A stretch of 64,000 nt of DNA from Sedimentisphaerales bacterium. GTDB taxonomy: Bacteria > Planctomycetota > Phycisphaerae > Sedimentisphaerales > SM23-30. The stretch's first letter is position 1, and the number at the start of each line of letters is the position of its first letter. Shown one piece after another: positions 9,025 to 18,262 of the stretch. The translations under genes and the position numbers were made by a program. The notes below the pieces were generated by a model. That model was given only the letters and a program-made list of their open reading frames with translations, searched no databases and was not told the origin of the DNA. The stretch lies in contig CAXXMR010000013.1 of NCBI GenBank assembly GCA_963663805.2, positions 224,001-288,000 on the forward strand, read 5' to 3'.

Positions 9025-11845
9025 CTACAAACACGACTTCTGGAAAAATGTCAGTAACTATGTAAACTTATTCTCCGGTTCATCAGTTATGAGTATCGGG
9101 GCTATGATCATGAGTCTGCGGCATCATCGTCAGCAGGATCAGGATGTTCTGGGCCAGCACTTGTTCTTCGATTGGCAGACTCGACCATCCTCGCAGCTTA
9201 TTTCTCTGCTGGATTGCGATATACACGAAATACTGAGTCCAGACCATTTCGTAACCGCCCGGCTGCCGGAAAACTCCGAATCACTGCGGCGAGCCGAAGA
9301 AGCCGGCTTGTTTGCCAGTATGCCGGCCGGTTGGCATCGCAATACCGGATCCAGCGGCGACAATCATGGCGGTGCCGCCGACCCGAGAATCGGGCTGATA
9401 CTGGCCCTGCTGAACGAACCGGAACTCATGAACAAGCTCAGCCAGTCGATCCAGAAAGCTACGGAACATGACCGCAAGATAATACTGGCCCAAAAAGGTC
9501 TGCTCTCCGAAAATACCGGTTCCCAGATAGTGATCATGTCCACTTTTTCGACCGCCGGCGCTACCGGAAACGGCAGCCAGTACTGGTTCACTCGAAATGC
9601 CGCGAACCGGATCAAGCAGGAACAGGGTATCCAGGCTAAAGTGATCCTCAATGCGCTCCTGACCGGTACTATAGCCCATAATGATCGGGACAGAGCCGAA
9701 CTCAACGAACTTGCCCTGTTGAAATTCCTGCGGCCCCAGATTTCCGGCAAAAACGTAAACCCGATCACCGGCCAACTATCTCCCTGCCAGTTCGATCAGC
9801 TCTTTCTGGCCGGCAATCAAAATGACCATGGCAATATCGCCGGTCTGGACCAGCTGCTCGCTCATCAGGCGCATACGCATTATCTCTTGTGGCACACCGA
9901 CGCCGGTCGAAAAATCCGGGAGCGGCTGGTGGATTTTTCTTCTTGCAGTTTCGATGAATACGGTGACCCGCAATTCGGACTGAGTATGTCCTGTTCCATT
10001 ATATCCTGCGACAGCGAAAGAAGACTGGGCCATGCCGGTTCGGCCGCTGCCGAACTGCTTATCGAACATCTGCTGGCCGCGGGTGACCGTCAAAGTCCTC
10101 CGGCGATAGCCGCCAATCTGGCGCGGTCCTGCGACATAATCGAGTCTGCCCAGGACAACAATATTACCGGTCCTCTGCTGCAGCATCTGGAGCCCGGCCA
10201 GACGGGCTTCCTGGAGCAGATGCGGGAGATGCTGGCCGACCGGTTGGGTAAAAGCCGAGGTCTGCAGCGGATAGAACTAATCGATGAAACCGTCAACGAT
10301 ATTCGCAGTCAGCATATCCCCGAAGTACTGGCCGTAAAAATGAAAAAAAAGGCCCGTAAAAGACTGGAAACCGCCCAAAAACACCTGGACCAGTATCTTC
10401 AGCTCAGCCAGCGCAAGCTGCACGGCACCTGGCAGGCCAGGCAAAGCCTGGGCCGGCTCCGCAAATTAGCGGAAAACTCTTACCAGGTTATCATGGCCAA
10501 AATCGCCGAGCTTCAGGCCATGGCCGGGCCCCATGAACAGAATATGGTCGAAATCCTGGAAACCGCAGCGCAGTTTCAAAACGGCCGCTTCTGGCACCGC
10601 CTGAGCAATCCGCTCCTGCCGGGACGTATGTCCCAGCTTATGGAAGAATCCGCCCGTATTGACCTGGAATGCCTGGCCCAGACCACCGCCTGCACTATAG
10701 CTGCCCAGGAGTTCCTGCTGCCTTTCGTCGAGTATGTCGATACGAAAATCGCCTGGCTCACCCGGCATATCCAGAAACTCCAGAACCTGAAATCGTCGTT
10801 CGGTCAGAAGGTTCGGTATTGGACCGAAAAACCCACCGTTACCAAGGTTCCGCTGGGTCTGGAGCTCACCGACCGGGAATTCCTGAAATCATGGTTCGCC
10901 AAGACCATCATTAAATTAGGCGGGGAAGAACAGTTCGTCCAGGACATTCTGGCCCGTTATCTGGCGGATTATGACAGCCTGGCTTTTCTGTCCGAAACCC
11001 CGGAACAGCAAGCCCGGAAAATCATTATCGAGATCTGCACCAGGGTATTTGCCCCGCTGATCAAGGCGGAAAATGTCGTGGATATATTCAAAGACCGTTT
11101 CCCCCAGGAAAGCGGTCAACGCCGCATTATCCAGGAATCGATTCTCCAGTGTGAGGGCCGGGTCCTCTCTCTGGGCGAAGTCAATAAAAAGGTCGCCTGG
11201 CTCAAACATATTATCGTCCCGGATACCGCCCATCAGAAATGGGCTCAGTCGCTCTGTGAGGGTCTGGATACCAAACCCGGAAAATGGGATTCTTCGGTCC
11301 ATCACGACCCAGACCTGATCATCATCATGCAGCTGCGGAACAATATCTCGCTGACACCGCTGATCAAAAGACTGGAAGCAGGCCGATCCTGGTCCGAAAT
11401 TATCTCACGGGCTCCCGATCCGGTCAGTGCCCTCATGGTCAACTCCAATCCCACTGATCGGGAAATAAAACGCCTCTGGGCCAAGGCCATCGCTGCGGAC
11501 CTGCTGGACTGGGATCCCGAGCAGGGCCTGACTCTGCATTCCTGCGATCAGGACCAGGTATTCGGTGGCAACGTAGATTCTGCCCATCACTATCTGCGGC
11601 ACAACTGGTCGGAAATCGTTTTTATCGAATCGACTTTCGGCCGTCACGCAGTTATCCGCGAGAAGTCACTCCTGGCCGCCCTGCACCGGTTAAAATCACA
11701 ATTGCAGGATACGCAAGATACCCAGGATATGCGACTGATCTTGACAGACCTCGATGCCGTCGAGGAAGCGATCGAGCAGTTGGAACTGATAACCCCCTGG
11801 GCTCGCCGGCAGAGCCAGGCCGGACTCAAGGAGCTGAAAGCATGA
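9008..11845 (+). CDS. Tubulin/FtsZ-like (Tubulin_2 / FtsZl1-type) protein with long coiled-coil C-terminus
   Basis: GGAADPRIGLILAL matches the T3 loop region and IMSTFSTAGATGNG the GGGTG(S/T)G signature; ~550 aa of helical/coiled-coil sequence follows; 945 aa. Confidence 0.75.
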   Translation: MKENPNYKHDFWKNVSNYVNLFSGSSVMSIGAMIMSLRHHRQQDQDVLGQHLFFDWQTRPSSQLISLLDCDIHEILSPDHFVTARLPENSESLRRAEEAGLFASMPAGWHRNTGSSGDNHGGAADPRIGLILALLNEPELMNKLSQSIQKATEHDRKIILAQKGLLSENTGSQIVIMSTFSTAGATGNGSQYWFTRNAANRIKQEQGIQAKVILNALLTGTIAHNDRDRAELNELALLKFLRPQISGKNVNPITGQLSPCQFDQLFLAGNQNDHGNIAGLDQLLAHQAHTHYLLWHTDAGRKIRERLVDFSSCSFDEYGDPQFGLSMSCSIISCDSERRLGHAGSAAAELLIEHLLAAGDRQSPPAIAANLARSCDIIESAQDNNITGPLLQHLEPGQTGFLEQMREMLADRLGKSRGLQRIELIDETVNDIRSQHIPEVLAVKMKKKARKRLETAQKHLDQYLQLSQRKLHGTWQARQSLGRLRKLAENSYQVIMAKIAELQAMAGPHEQNMVEILETAAQFQNGRFWHRLSNPLLPGRMSQLMEESARIDLECLAQTTACTIAAQEFLLPFVEYVDTKIAWLTRHIQKLQNLKSSFGQKVRYWTEKPTVTKVPLGLELTDREFLKSWFAKTIIKLGGEEQFVQDILARYLADYDSLAFLSETPEQQARKIIIEICTRVFAPLIKAENVVDIFKDRFPQESGQRRIIQESILQCEGRVLSLGEVNKKVAWLKHIIVPDTAHQKWAQSLCEGLDTKPGKWDSSVHHDPDLIIIMQLRNNISLTPLIKRLEAGRSWSEIISRAPDPVSALMVNSNPTDREIKRLWAKAIAADLLDWDPEQGLTLHSCDQDQVFGGNVDSAHHYLRHNWSEIVFIESTFGRHAVIREKSLLAALHRLKSQLQDTQDTQDMRLILTDLDAVEEAIEQLELITPWARRQSQAGLKELKA

Positions 11846-12762
11846 ATTTCCCTCGACATCGAATGCCCGGCGGACGCTGCTGCAGGCCGCAGCCTGATCC
11901 GCTGATTACTTATCTGGAAAACAATCCTCCGGAGTTTTCGACATTACCGATCGAACCGGCTCTGCCGATGCCGGAAGATTCACCTGCCGCGAACATTACG
12001 GCAAATGACCAGGTCATGAATACCTCGGTATTGTCAGGCGCCGAAGTTACCATATTCGGCGCCGGCTCGGTCGGCAGTCATCTGGCCGCTCTGCTGGGCC
12101 CGGCCCGTCTGCATATTCACGTTTTCGACTTCAAGACGGTGGAAGCCAAGCATTGCCGTGACGGCAGAACCCTCTATGAAAACAGCCAGATCGGCAGTAT
12201 GAAGGTTGACGCTCTGCAGGAGAAAATCGAGCGTGAATATCCCGGCAGCTCGGTCCATCCCTTTCCTTACAATGTCGGTGAAGTACCTGACCGAGAACTG
12301 CTGCGGCTCATGCAGCGTTCGCTGCTGGTGGTTCTGGCCCTCGACGATCCGGTCCAGATCCTGCGAATTCACGATCTGGCCTATCCCGTGGTGGAGACCA
12401 TACACCTGGCCATGCACCGCCAGGCCGCCAGCGGCCATATTGTCCTAACCATCCCTTTTGTTACCCCCTGCCTGCGCTGTACGCTGGGACTGGACGATTC
12501 CCGTCAGATACGCCAGCTCCACGGTGAACCCGGCAATGGCTGGCACATCCGCCGAGTCGCCCACGAAGGCGCCGCCGTCGCCCTCGACCTGATGTACGCC
12601 AAGATCACCGGCCAAGCGATACAACGCTGGAATACCGAATGCAACCTTATCTATATCGCCAATTCCCGTCAGGAAATCAGCCCGGATGGTCCGGGCCAGC
12701 ATTACGAGGCCAGTCAGCGACGGCCCGGCTGCCGCCTCTGCAATATCCATCCGGCCGTTTAA
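11842..12762 (+). CDS. ThiF/MoeB/E1-like adenylyltransferase
   Basis: VTIFGAGSVGS, DFKTVE, IGSMKVDAL, Zn-binding TPCLRC and GCRLC; ATGA overlap with the tubulin-like gene. Confidence 0.85.
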   Translation: MNFPRHRMPGGRCCRPQPDPLITYLENNPPEFSTLPIEPALPMPEDSPAANITANDQVMNTSVLSGAEVTIFGAGSVGSHLAALLGPARLHIHVFDFKTVEAKHCRDGRTLYENSQIGSMKVDALQEKIEREYPGSSVHPFPYNVGEVPDRELLRLMQRSLLVVLALDDPVQILRIHDLAYPVVETIHLAMHRQAASGHIVLTIPFVTPCLRCTLGLDDSRQIRQLHGEPGNGWHIRRVAHEGAAVALDLMYAKITGQAIQRWNTECNLIYIANSRQEISPDGPGQHYEASQRRPGCRLCNIHPAV

Positions 12763-12774
12763 GGAGACCATATC

Positions 12775-13071
12775 ATGAGAACCACCAACTTATTACCCTC
12801 CGGTACCGGACGCTTCGCCGCGAATCTGCCCACTCTGCCAGGTCCTCAACCCGCCTCGCCCCAGGTTCTGCAGCTGCTGATGCAGTCGATCGTCCAGCTC
12901 AACCAGAAAGTCGACAGTCTGGCCCTGCGCAGTCAGGCACCACTTGAGGTGCAGACGCGTTCCCGGCCCAACACCATCACCGTGGAGACCGTCGAACCAC
13001 CCCGGGAGATCGAAAAACCCCCTAAAACCGAAAAACTCGATCTCGGTAAACTGCTGGACATCTTCGACTGA
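12775..13071 (+). CDS. Hypothetical protein with short coiled coil
   Basis: AAGGAG RBS; LQLLMQSIVQLNQKVDSL heptad pattern. Confidence 0.6.
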   Translation: MRTTNLLPSGTGRFAANLPTLPGPQPASPQVLQLLMQSIVQLNQKVDSLALRSQAPLEVQTRSRPNTITVETVEPPREIEKPPKTEKLDLGKLLDIFD

Positions 13072-13147
13072 CCTCTCTTCTGGCCGGGCGTGATAAACTC
13101 ATTGCGTCCGGCCTGATTATCTCCCCCAACCCAAAGGAACCAAAACT

Positions 13148-13417
13148 ATGAACGACAAAATCAACTATCCCGTCGCCGAATTCAAGTCGGGGAAATTCTC
13201 CAGCGCCGTCTTTGAAGCCACTAAACAGAGCCGTGACGGACGGGATTACACCCAAAAGTCTATCCGGCTCCAGAAAAGCTATCTCGATCCCGGTACTGGC
13301 CAATGGGTCAACCAGTCCATCACCATCTTCGCCGAGGAAATCGGGGATCTCGAAAGTGTCGCTCGAAATGCCCGGGATCATTGCCGACTCAAGACCAAAC
13401 TGAACGAAAATGAATAG
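13148..13417 (+). CDS. Small PC4/SpoVG-like putative ssDNA-binding protein
   Basis: AAGGA RBS; PVAEFKSGKFSSAVF...SIRLQKSYLD...GQW...EEIGDL matches by eye a small beta-rich family common in planctomycete elements. Confidence 0.55.
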   Translation: MNDKINYPVAEFKSGKFSSAVFEATKQSRDGRDYTQKSIRLQKSYLDPGTGQWVNQSITIFAEEIGDLESVARNARDHCRLKTKLNENE

Positions 13418-13452
13418 AAATGAAATGGTCCTGGCTGGGCCGCTTCCCTGCG

Positions 13453-13479
13453 CCCGCCTGCTTCGGCAGGCGGGTTTTT
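13453..13479 (+). terminator. Rho-independent terminator ending the cargo operon
   Basis: cccgcctgc-ttcg-gcaggcggg followed by ttttt. Confidence 0.85.
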
Positions 13480-13486
13480 CAATATC

Positions 13487-14356
13487 TCAAGCCGCGGCCT
13501 CGACGTTTTGCGGTTCTGAAATACTGCCCCAGTTCCTGACAGGCTCTTCTTCCGGCATGATCGCCTGGATAATCTCCCGGGCGGTTCGGCGGATACGCTC
13601 CAGCGAACCGAGTAATGTCTGACTATTACCTCGATACAGCTGTATATAGTCACAGGCGGCCTCACCGACCGCCAGGCCGATCGCCTGAGACACTACATAC
13701 GCCACCGCTTCGGCCTCGGTCTCACAAATCTCTCTGCTCTCCGGCCGAGGCTCATCTCTCTGATGCAGCAGCTCATGGGCCAGTTCATGGACCAGAACCG
13801 AAAATTCTTCGGCGCCGGTCAGTCCCGACTTGATGATAATCCTGCCTTTTTCCGAAAGACCCAGGGTCGCTCCCAATCTTGTCGAATATTCCAACTCGAT
13901 GCCCTGTTCTTTTACAAACCGCTGGAGAGATTCTAGATAAACCCCCGGCTCTCCGCTCGCCTCCGCCAGTTTCACCAATGGCCGGCCTTCGGTCTGACTT
14001 ATATCGAATACACATGCCGACCGAAACGCCGCCACTCGCTCCCGTTCCGTATCATCTTTTTCATCCTTGTCCCGGACAACGATCGGAGCCAATATCCGAA
14101 TCGCCTTCTCGCCTTTTTTGACCTTCCTCCCCAAACGTTTCCAGGACCAGAACCCCGCTACCCGGGTCGCTTGCGGACGCTGCGATCCTATTAGCAGGAC
14201 GTTACCGGCCGAATAACGATGGAATCGGCCCATCATCTGCAGATAACTCCGCAAACGCTCACTCTGTCCGGCCTCCAGGGCTTCGGTCAGGTTCGCCAAC
14301 TCCTGACGAACCATACTTTCAATTCTTTTTCCCGCCGTTTCGATCACCTCACTCAC
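13487..14356 (-). CDS. ardC: ArdC-like antirestriction protein (ssDNA-binding domain + zincin-like metallopeptidase)
   Basis: FHRYSAGNVLLI...ATRVAGFWSWKRLGRKVKKGEKAIRILAP...VFDISQTEG; HELAHELLH and ETEAEAVAY. Confidence 0.85.
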   Translation of the reverse strand: MSEVIETAGKRIESMVRQELANLTEALEAGQSERLRSYLQMMGRFHRYSAGNVLLIGSQRPQATRVAGFWSWKRLGRKVKKGEKAIRILAPIVVRDKDEKDDTERERVAAFRSACVFDISQTEGRPLVKLAEASGEPGVYLESLQRFVKEQGIELEYSTRLGATLGLSEKGRIIIKSGLTGAEEFSVLVHELAHELLHQRDEPRPESREICETEAEAVAYVVSQAIGLAVGEAACDYIQLYRGNSQTLLGSLERIRRTAREIIQAIMPEEEPVRNWGSISEPQNVEAAA

Positions 14357-14471
14357 CCAGTTCTGCTTCTGCCGTTAATTTGTCACACCAGCCGCAACGA
14401 CCACCTATCAGCTCCGTTTCCAGAAACTTCCTTCCGCACCCGCAACATCTGCTCTCTCTTACATCTGTCAT
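14349..14471 (-). CDS. 40-aa zinc-ribbon-like protein
   Basis: GGAGG RBS; MTDVRESRCCGCGRKFLETELIGGRCGWCDKL...; overlaps the ardC start. Confidence 0.5.
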   Translation of the reverse strand: MTDVRESRCCGCGRKFLETELIGGRCGWCDKLTAEAELGE

Positions 14472-14561
14472 TTTATCTCCTCCCGACCTGCCTCTCCGGG
14501 CAGGCTCTGTTCACCCTGTAACTGAGCCTGCCAACGTTGCTGCCCGTCGGCAAATCGTAAA

Positions 14562-14895
14562 TCAGGACTGTTGCGTATCATCGTATGCAGCATACTCAGA
14601 ATACAGCTCCGGATATACACATCTGACGCAGTTTCGGTTACTGATATCGCCGTCATGCCGCTCGACAATATCCTCACCGACGAAAACCAGGGTATCCCGG
14701 ACATCGGCAAATGACACCCAACTGCCGCATTTTTCACATCTTCCAGCCTTTGTAAATGCCGGCTCTTTCACTGTTGAAGTCACACCGAGAATATTCCTTA
14801 AGGCATACCAGGCTTTCCAGAGCTGACCGGGTGTTTTTTTTGCTGCGGTGCAGATAATCTTCCATGATATCCAATGCCTCCTTCAGGTTTTTCAT
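14562..14895 (-). CDS. Hypothetical protein with CxxC...CxxC (one frameshift in A-run at ~14835-14840)
   Basis: GAGGTG RBS; MKNLKEALDIMEDYL joins the track ORF carrying CEKC and CVRC after one A is removed. Confidence 0.45.
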
Positions 14896-15031
14896 GAAAA
14901 CACCTCTAGAGCCTGATCGATTATCCGGCGATACTCGATATCCGATTCGCTCTCTTCATCGAACCAGCGTCGATAATCCGCTAAAGCTTCCTGAATGATC
15001 CCTATATGTTCATCTGGCATTTCCATTTCTA

Positions 15032-15253
15032 TCACCTAGTTTGTTTTTCGTTTGCCTGACTCATGGCTTCATAGGTGCATTCATAGAGTATATCCCAGTC
15101 AATATGGCCGTTGAGCAGACCTTTTTCCAATAGTTGAGACCATTGCTGGAACTCATCCTGGCTTACCGGTTTTCGACCCATAGACTGCTCAAAATCGCCC
15201 GCACAGAGAATCAGCACTATCTTATAATCCTCGATATCTTCCGCCACTTTCAA
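15032..15253 (-). CDS. Hypothetical protein (element small-ORF cluster)
   Basis: Track ORF, overlapping neighbours, GGAG upstream. Confidence 0.5.
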   Translation of the reverse strand: MKVAEDIEDYKIVLILCAGDFEQSMGRKPVSQDEFQQWSQLLEKGLLNGHIDWDILYECTYEAMSQANEKQTR

Positions 15254-15444
15254 TCACCTCTCCGCATATCTCCCATTTTAGCGTGAAATGTCCCAAGATA
15301 CCCACCCGCCGCGTCACAGCCGTAAGGACAGCCAAAATCCAGATCCAGTCCCGAATGTTCCTGGCCCCTTACATAAAACTCCCTGCCGTAGTTTTGAAAC
15401 TTGTACTGCCGTAATTCGAGAAACTTTTTATTCTTCCTTCTCAT
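15250..15444 (-). CDS. Hypothetical protein (CPYGC motif)
   Basis: Track ORF with GGAGG upstream; first gene of the minus-strand cluster. Confidence 0.4.
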   Translation of the reverse strand: MRRKNKKFLELRQYKFQNYGREFYVRGQEHSGLDLDFGCPYGCDAAGGYLGTFHAKMGDMRRGD

Positions 15445-15642
15445 TCATATTACCTCCGAGCCCCAGCGGCTCCATGACCTAAGCCGCGGGGCAGGCTGAC
15501 AGGCCCCAAATCATGGCCATCACATCCGGAAATAACGCCTAACGCCATTTCAGGCATTGCACAAATAATCCACAAGTGACTCAGCAACCTGAATCAGAAT
15601 AGAGATTTTGGTAAAATGGTGTAATAAAACGGAGATTCAAGT

Positions 15643-16593
15643 ATGAAAGAACATCAGTATAAGCTCAAAACCGGTATCAGCCGAACTCCCGAGTTCGCTA
15701 AAAAAAAGCTGGCCTCCTTTGCCGTGAATCCTGGGATAAAGTGCGGGCACGATTGTTGGTATTGCAGTACAGGCGCCACGATGCGAATGCATCCAGCCTT
15801 TAAAGCCTGCGGTGAAAATCCCTTTGCTTTTGGATACAGTATACTTGACCCCGATACACCCGAACGAGTGGCTCGTGACGCGGTACGCATCAAAGAACGC
15901 GGTTTGGTCCAACTCTGTACTACCGTCGATGCCTGGGCACCCGAGTCTCAAAAATATGGCCTCGGTCGGCGCTGCCTGGAAGCCATACTATCTCAGCCCG
16001 GCTGGCGGGTACGTATTCTGACCAAAAACGCTGCCGTTGTGGATGACTTTGACCTGTTGGAAAAATATAGAGACCGTATCCTTCTCGGTCTTAGCGTTAC
16101 TGCCCCGCCTGATAAAGATGAAATCATCAATATTCTGGAACCTCATGCCTCTTCTATTCAAGAACGCATGCTCTCACTCGTTGAAGCTGCTGCCCGAGGT
16201 CTGCGAACTTATGCCATGTTCTGTCCGCTGCTTCCCGGAATCGCGGATGCACCCGAACAAATTGATCAGCTCATAAAATTTGCGGTTGACTGTAAAGTCG
16301 AGGAAATCTTCGTAGAACCTATCAATTCCCGCGGCCCCGGCCTAAAACACTGTCAGCATGCCCTGGAGCTTTGGGGATATGAAAAAGAAGCTCAGGCAAT
16401 TGAACGGATCAGAAGCCGTGTTGGCTGGTCAGATTATGTCCGCAAACTGACTGCCAATGTTCAATCAAGCATCAAAGAATATTCTGATATCGGTAAGCTG
16501 AGATTCCTGCTCTACCCTTCCCGCCTGACACCAGAAGACCTGAAAGAAATCAGAAAGAACGATCGAGGAGTGATCTGGTTAGGAAAGAATTAG
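15643..16593 (+). CDS. Radical SAM protein, spore photoproduct lyase (SplB)-like
   Basis: CGHDCWYC cluster motif, ILTK, LEPHASSIQER, PLLPGI. Confidence 0.85.
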   Translation: MKEHQYKLKTGISRTPEFAKKKLASFAVNPGIKCGHDCWYCSTGATMRMHPAFKACGENPFAFGYSILDPDTPERVARDAVRIKERGLVQLCTTVDAWAPESQKYGLGRRCLEAILSQPGWRVRILTKNAAVVDDFDLLEKYRDRILLGLSVTAPPDKDEIINILEPHASSIQERMLSLVEAAARGLRTYAMFCPLLPGIADAPEQIDQLIKFAVDCKVEEIFVEPINSRGPGLKHCQHALELWGYEKEAQAIERIRSRVGWSDYVRKLTANVQSSIKEYSDIGKLRFLLYPSRLTPEDLKEIRKNDRGVIWLGKN

Positions 16594-16597
16594 TGTT

Positions 16598-16855
16598 ATG
16601 ATTCAACCACACATCGACAATTCTGAAAATAATCACAATGCAAAACCGGAAAAGTTCCCCGATCTTATGACACAAAAAGAATTGATAGATTACCTTCGAA
16701 TATCTGAGATAAGTAATTCAAAAGATTATAATTATGTAATTGATCATCTCAAAAAATATCGCGGTCTGCCCAGAATTCATATTTGTCGGAAGGCTTTGTA
16801 TCCCAAAAAAGCTATCTTGGAATGGATAGAAAGAGAAACTGACGTCGGAAAATAA
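16598..16855 (+). CDS. Excisionase-like helix-turn-helix protein
   Basis: DLMTQKELIDYLRI...GLPRIHICRKALYPKKAILEWI; directly upstream of the integrase. Confidence 0.75.
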   Translation: MIQPHIDNSENNHNAKPEKFPDLMTQKELIDYLRISEISNSKDYNYVIDHLKKYRGLPRIHICRKALYPKKAILEWIERETDVGK

Positions 16856-16858
16856 GAC

Positions 16859-16887
16859 TTGCGCTCTGTCTCGCAAACGGATACAAT
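16859..16887 (+). promoter_or_regulatory. Putative sigma70 promoter of the integrase
   Basis: TTGCGC-17 nt-TACAAT, followed by AAGGAG RBS and ATG 16934. Confidence 0.55.
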
Positions 16888-16933
16888 TCCTCTTATATCG
16901 TGTGAGCTGAGCCTACGTTAGAAAGGAGATGAT

Positions 16934-18189
16934 ATGAAACAGTTGGTAAAGCTCAATAAACGGCCCCGGCGTAGTGGGCGTTCATTTACATATGCATTGC
17001 GGTACAAAGATGAAAATGGAAAGCAAAAATGCGAAAGCCTCGGTCACACTAATCTCAGAAAAGCTGAAAAACAAAGGGCACTGAAAGAAAAAACTATTCG
17101 TATGGGATATTCTGAACCTAGATCAATGAAACTTTCGGATTTTATTGAAGACAGCCTGAGTAAAACTGGCGATCAAATCAGGGAAAGCACCAGGCGCGAA
17201 ACCAGAGCGGCAATGCAGGATTTTATAGCCGTGATCGGCAACATCGATTTTCAAAGTGTCACTCTGGAGAATGGTGAGTTCTATCTTCAGAAATGTCTTG
17301 ATCGCGGTAATACCAAGGGAACAATTGCCAAGAAACTTCGTCATATAAAAAGAGTTTTTAATCTGGCTGTAAATCGCAAGCAACTTGACGAGAATCCATT
17401 TCAATACCTTACACTTCCCAGAACGGCCAAAAAGAAAATCCATGTTTATTCAGACGAACAGTTCAGTATGATCCTTAGAGCCGCCCGGGATTTCGACCGG
17501 GAACATAATCCAGCTACGTCTGTCAGTTGGGAGCTTTTGATATCTCTGGCTCTGACTACTGGGATGCGACGTGCAGAGCTTCTGAATTGTACTTGGGCAG
17601 ATATCGACTTTGACACTCACACTATTGAAGTAAATCCCAAACAGAACTCTCGAGACAACTGGGAATGGCTCATAAAAGATTTTGACCAAAGGACACTACC
17701 CTTGACAGAGGATATTGTGCAGAAGTTGGCAGATCATCAGGCCTGTCAGCCCGAGGGTTATCCCTACGTTTTTGTACCCATCGCAAGGTATGATCATATT
17801 CAGAATGTTCTCAGACCCTATGGTAAGTGGACTCTTTCTGATTCTCGCCTCAAGGTGGTGAACAACTTCAAGCGAAGCTTCGACCAAATCCTAAAAAAAG
17901 CGGGAATTAAAGTGGGTACTTTTCACGACATCAGGAGAACATCCATAAGTATGTGGCTGGCACATGGTATGAGCGAGTACGACGTAATGAACCTGGCAGG
18001 ACATTCCAGTTTTTCCACCACACACAAGTTCTACCTTGCTGTGGCAGATGACCTGATCCAGCGTGCCAGGACCGCAACTGCTGAGGGATTGTGCAAAAAA
18101 ATGGGACGTTTTGGGACGCGGGGCCTTCAGGTTAGTTTTGATCCAGAACGTAAATTAGATAACTCATTGACAAACAACGAGTTATCTAA

Positions 18190-18196
<7 letters not shown>
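16934..18196 (+). CDS. Tyrosine recombinase / phage-type integrase
   Basis: TGMRRAEL, FHDIRRT, AGHSSFSTTHKFY catalytic motifs; N-terminal arm-binding-like region; stop overlaps the tRNA 3' end. Confidence 0.95.
18154..18190. repeat. 12-bp perfect inverted repeat at the att junction
   Basis: ATTAGATAACTC-13 nt-GAGTTATCTAAT, ending on the tRNA discriminator base. Confidence 0.8.
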
Positions 18197-18262
<66 letters not shown>

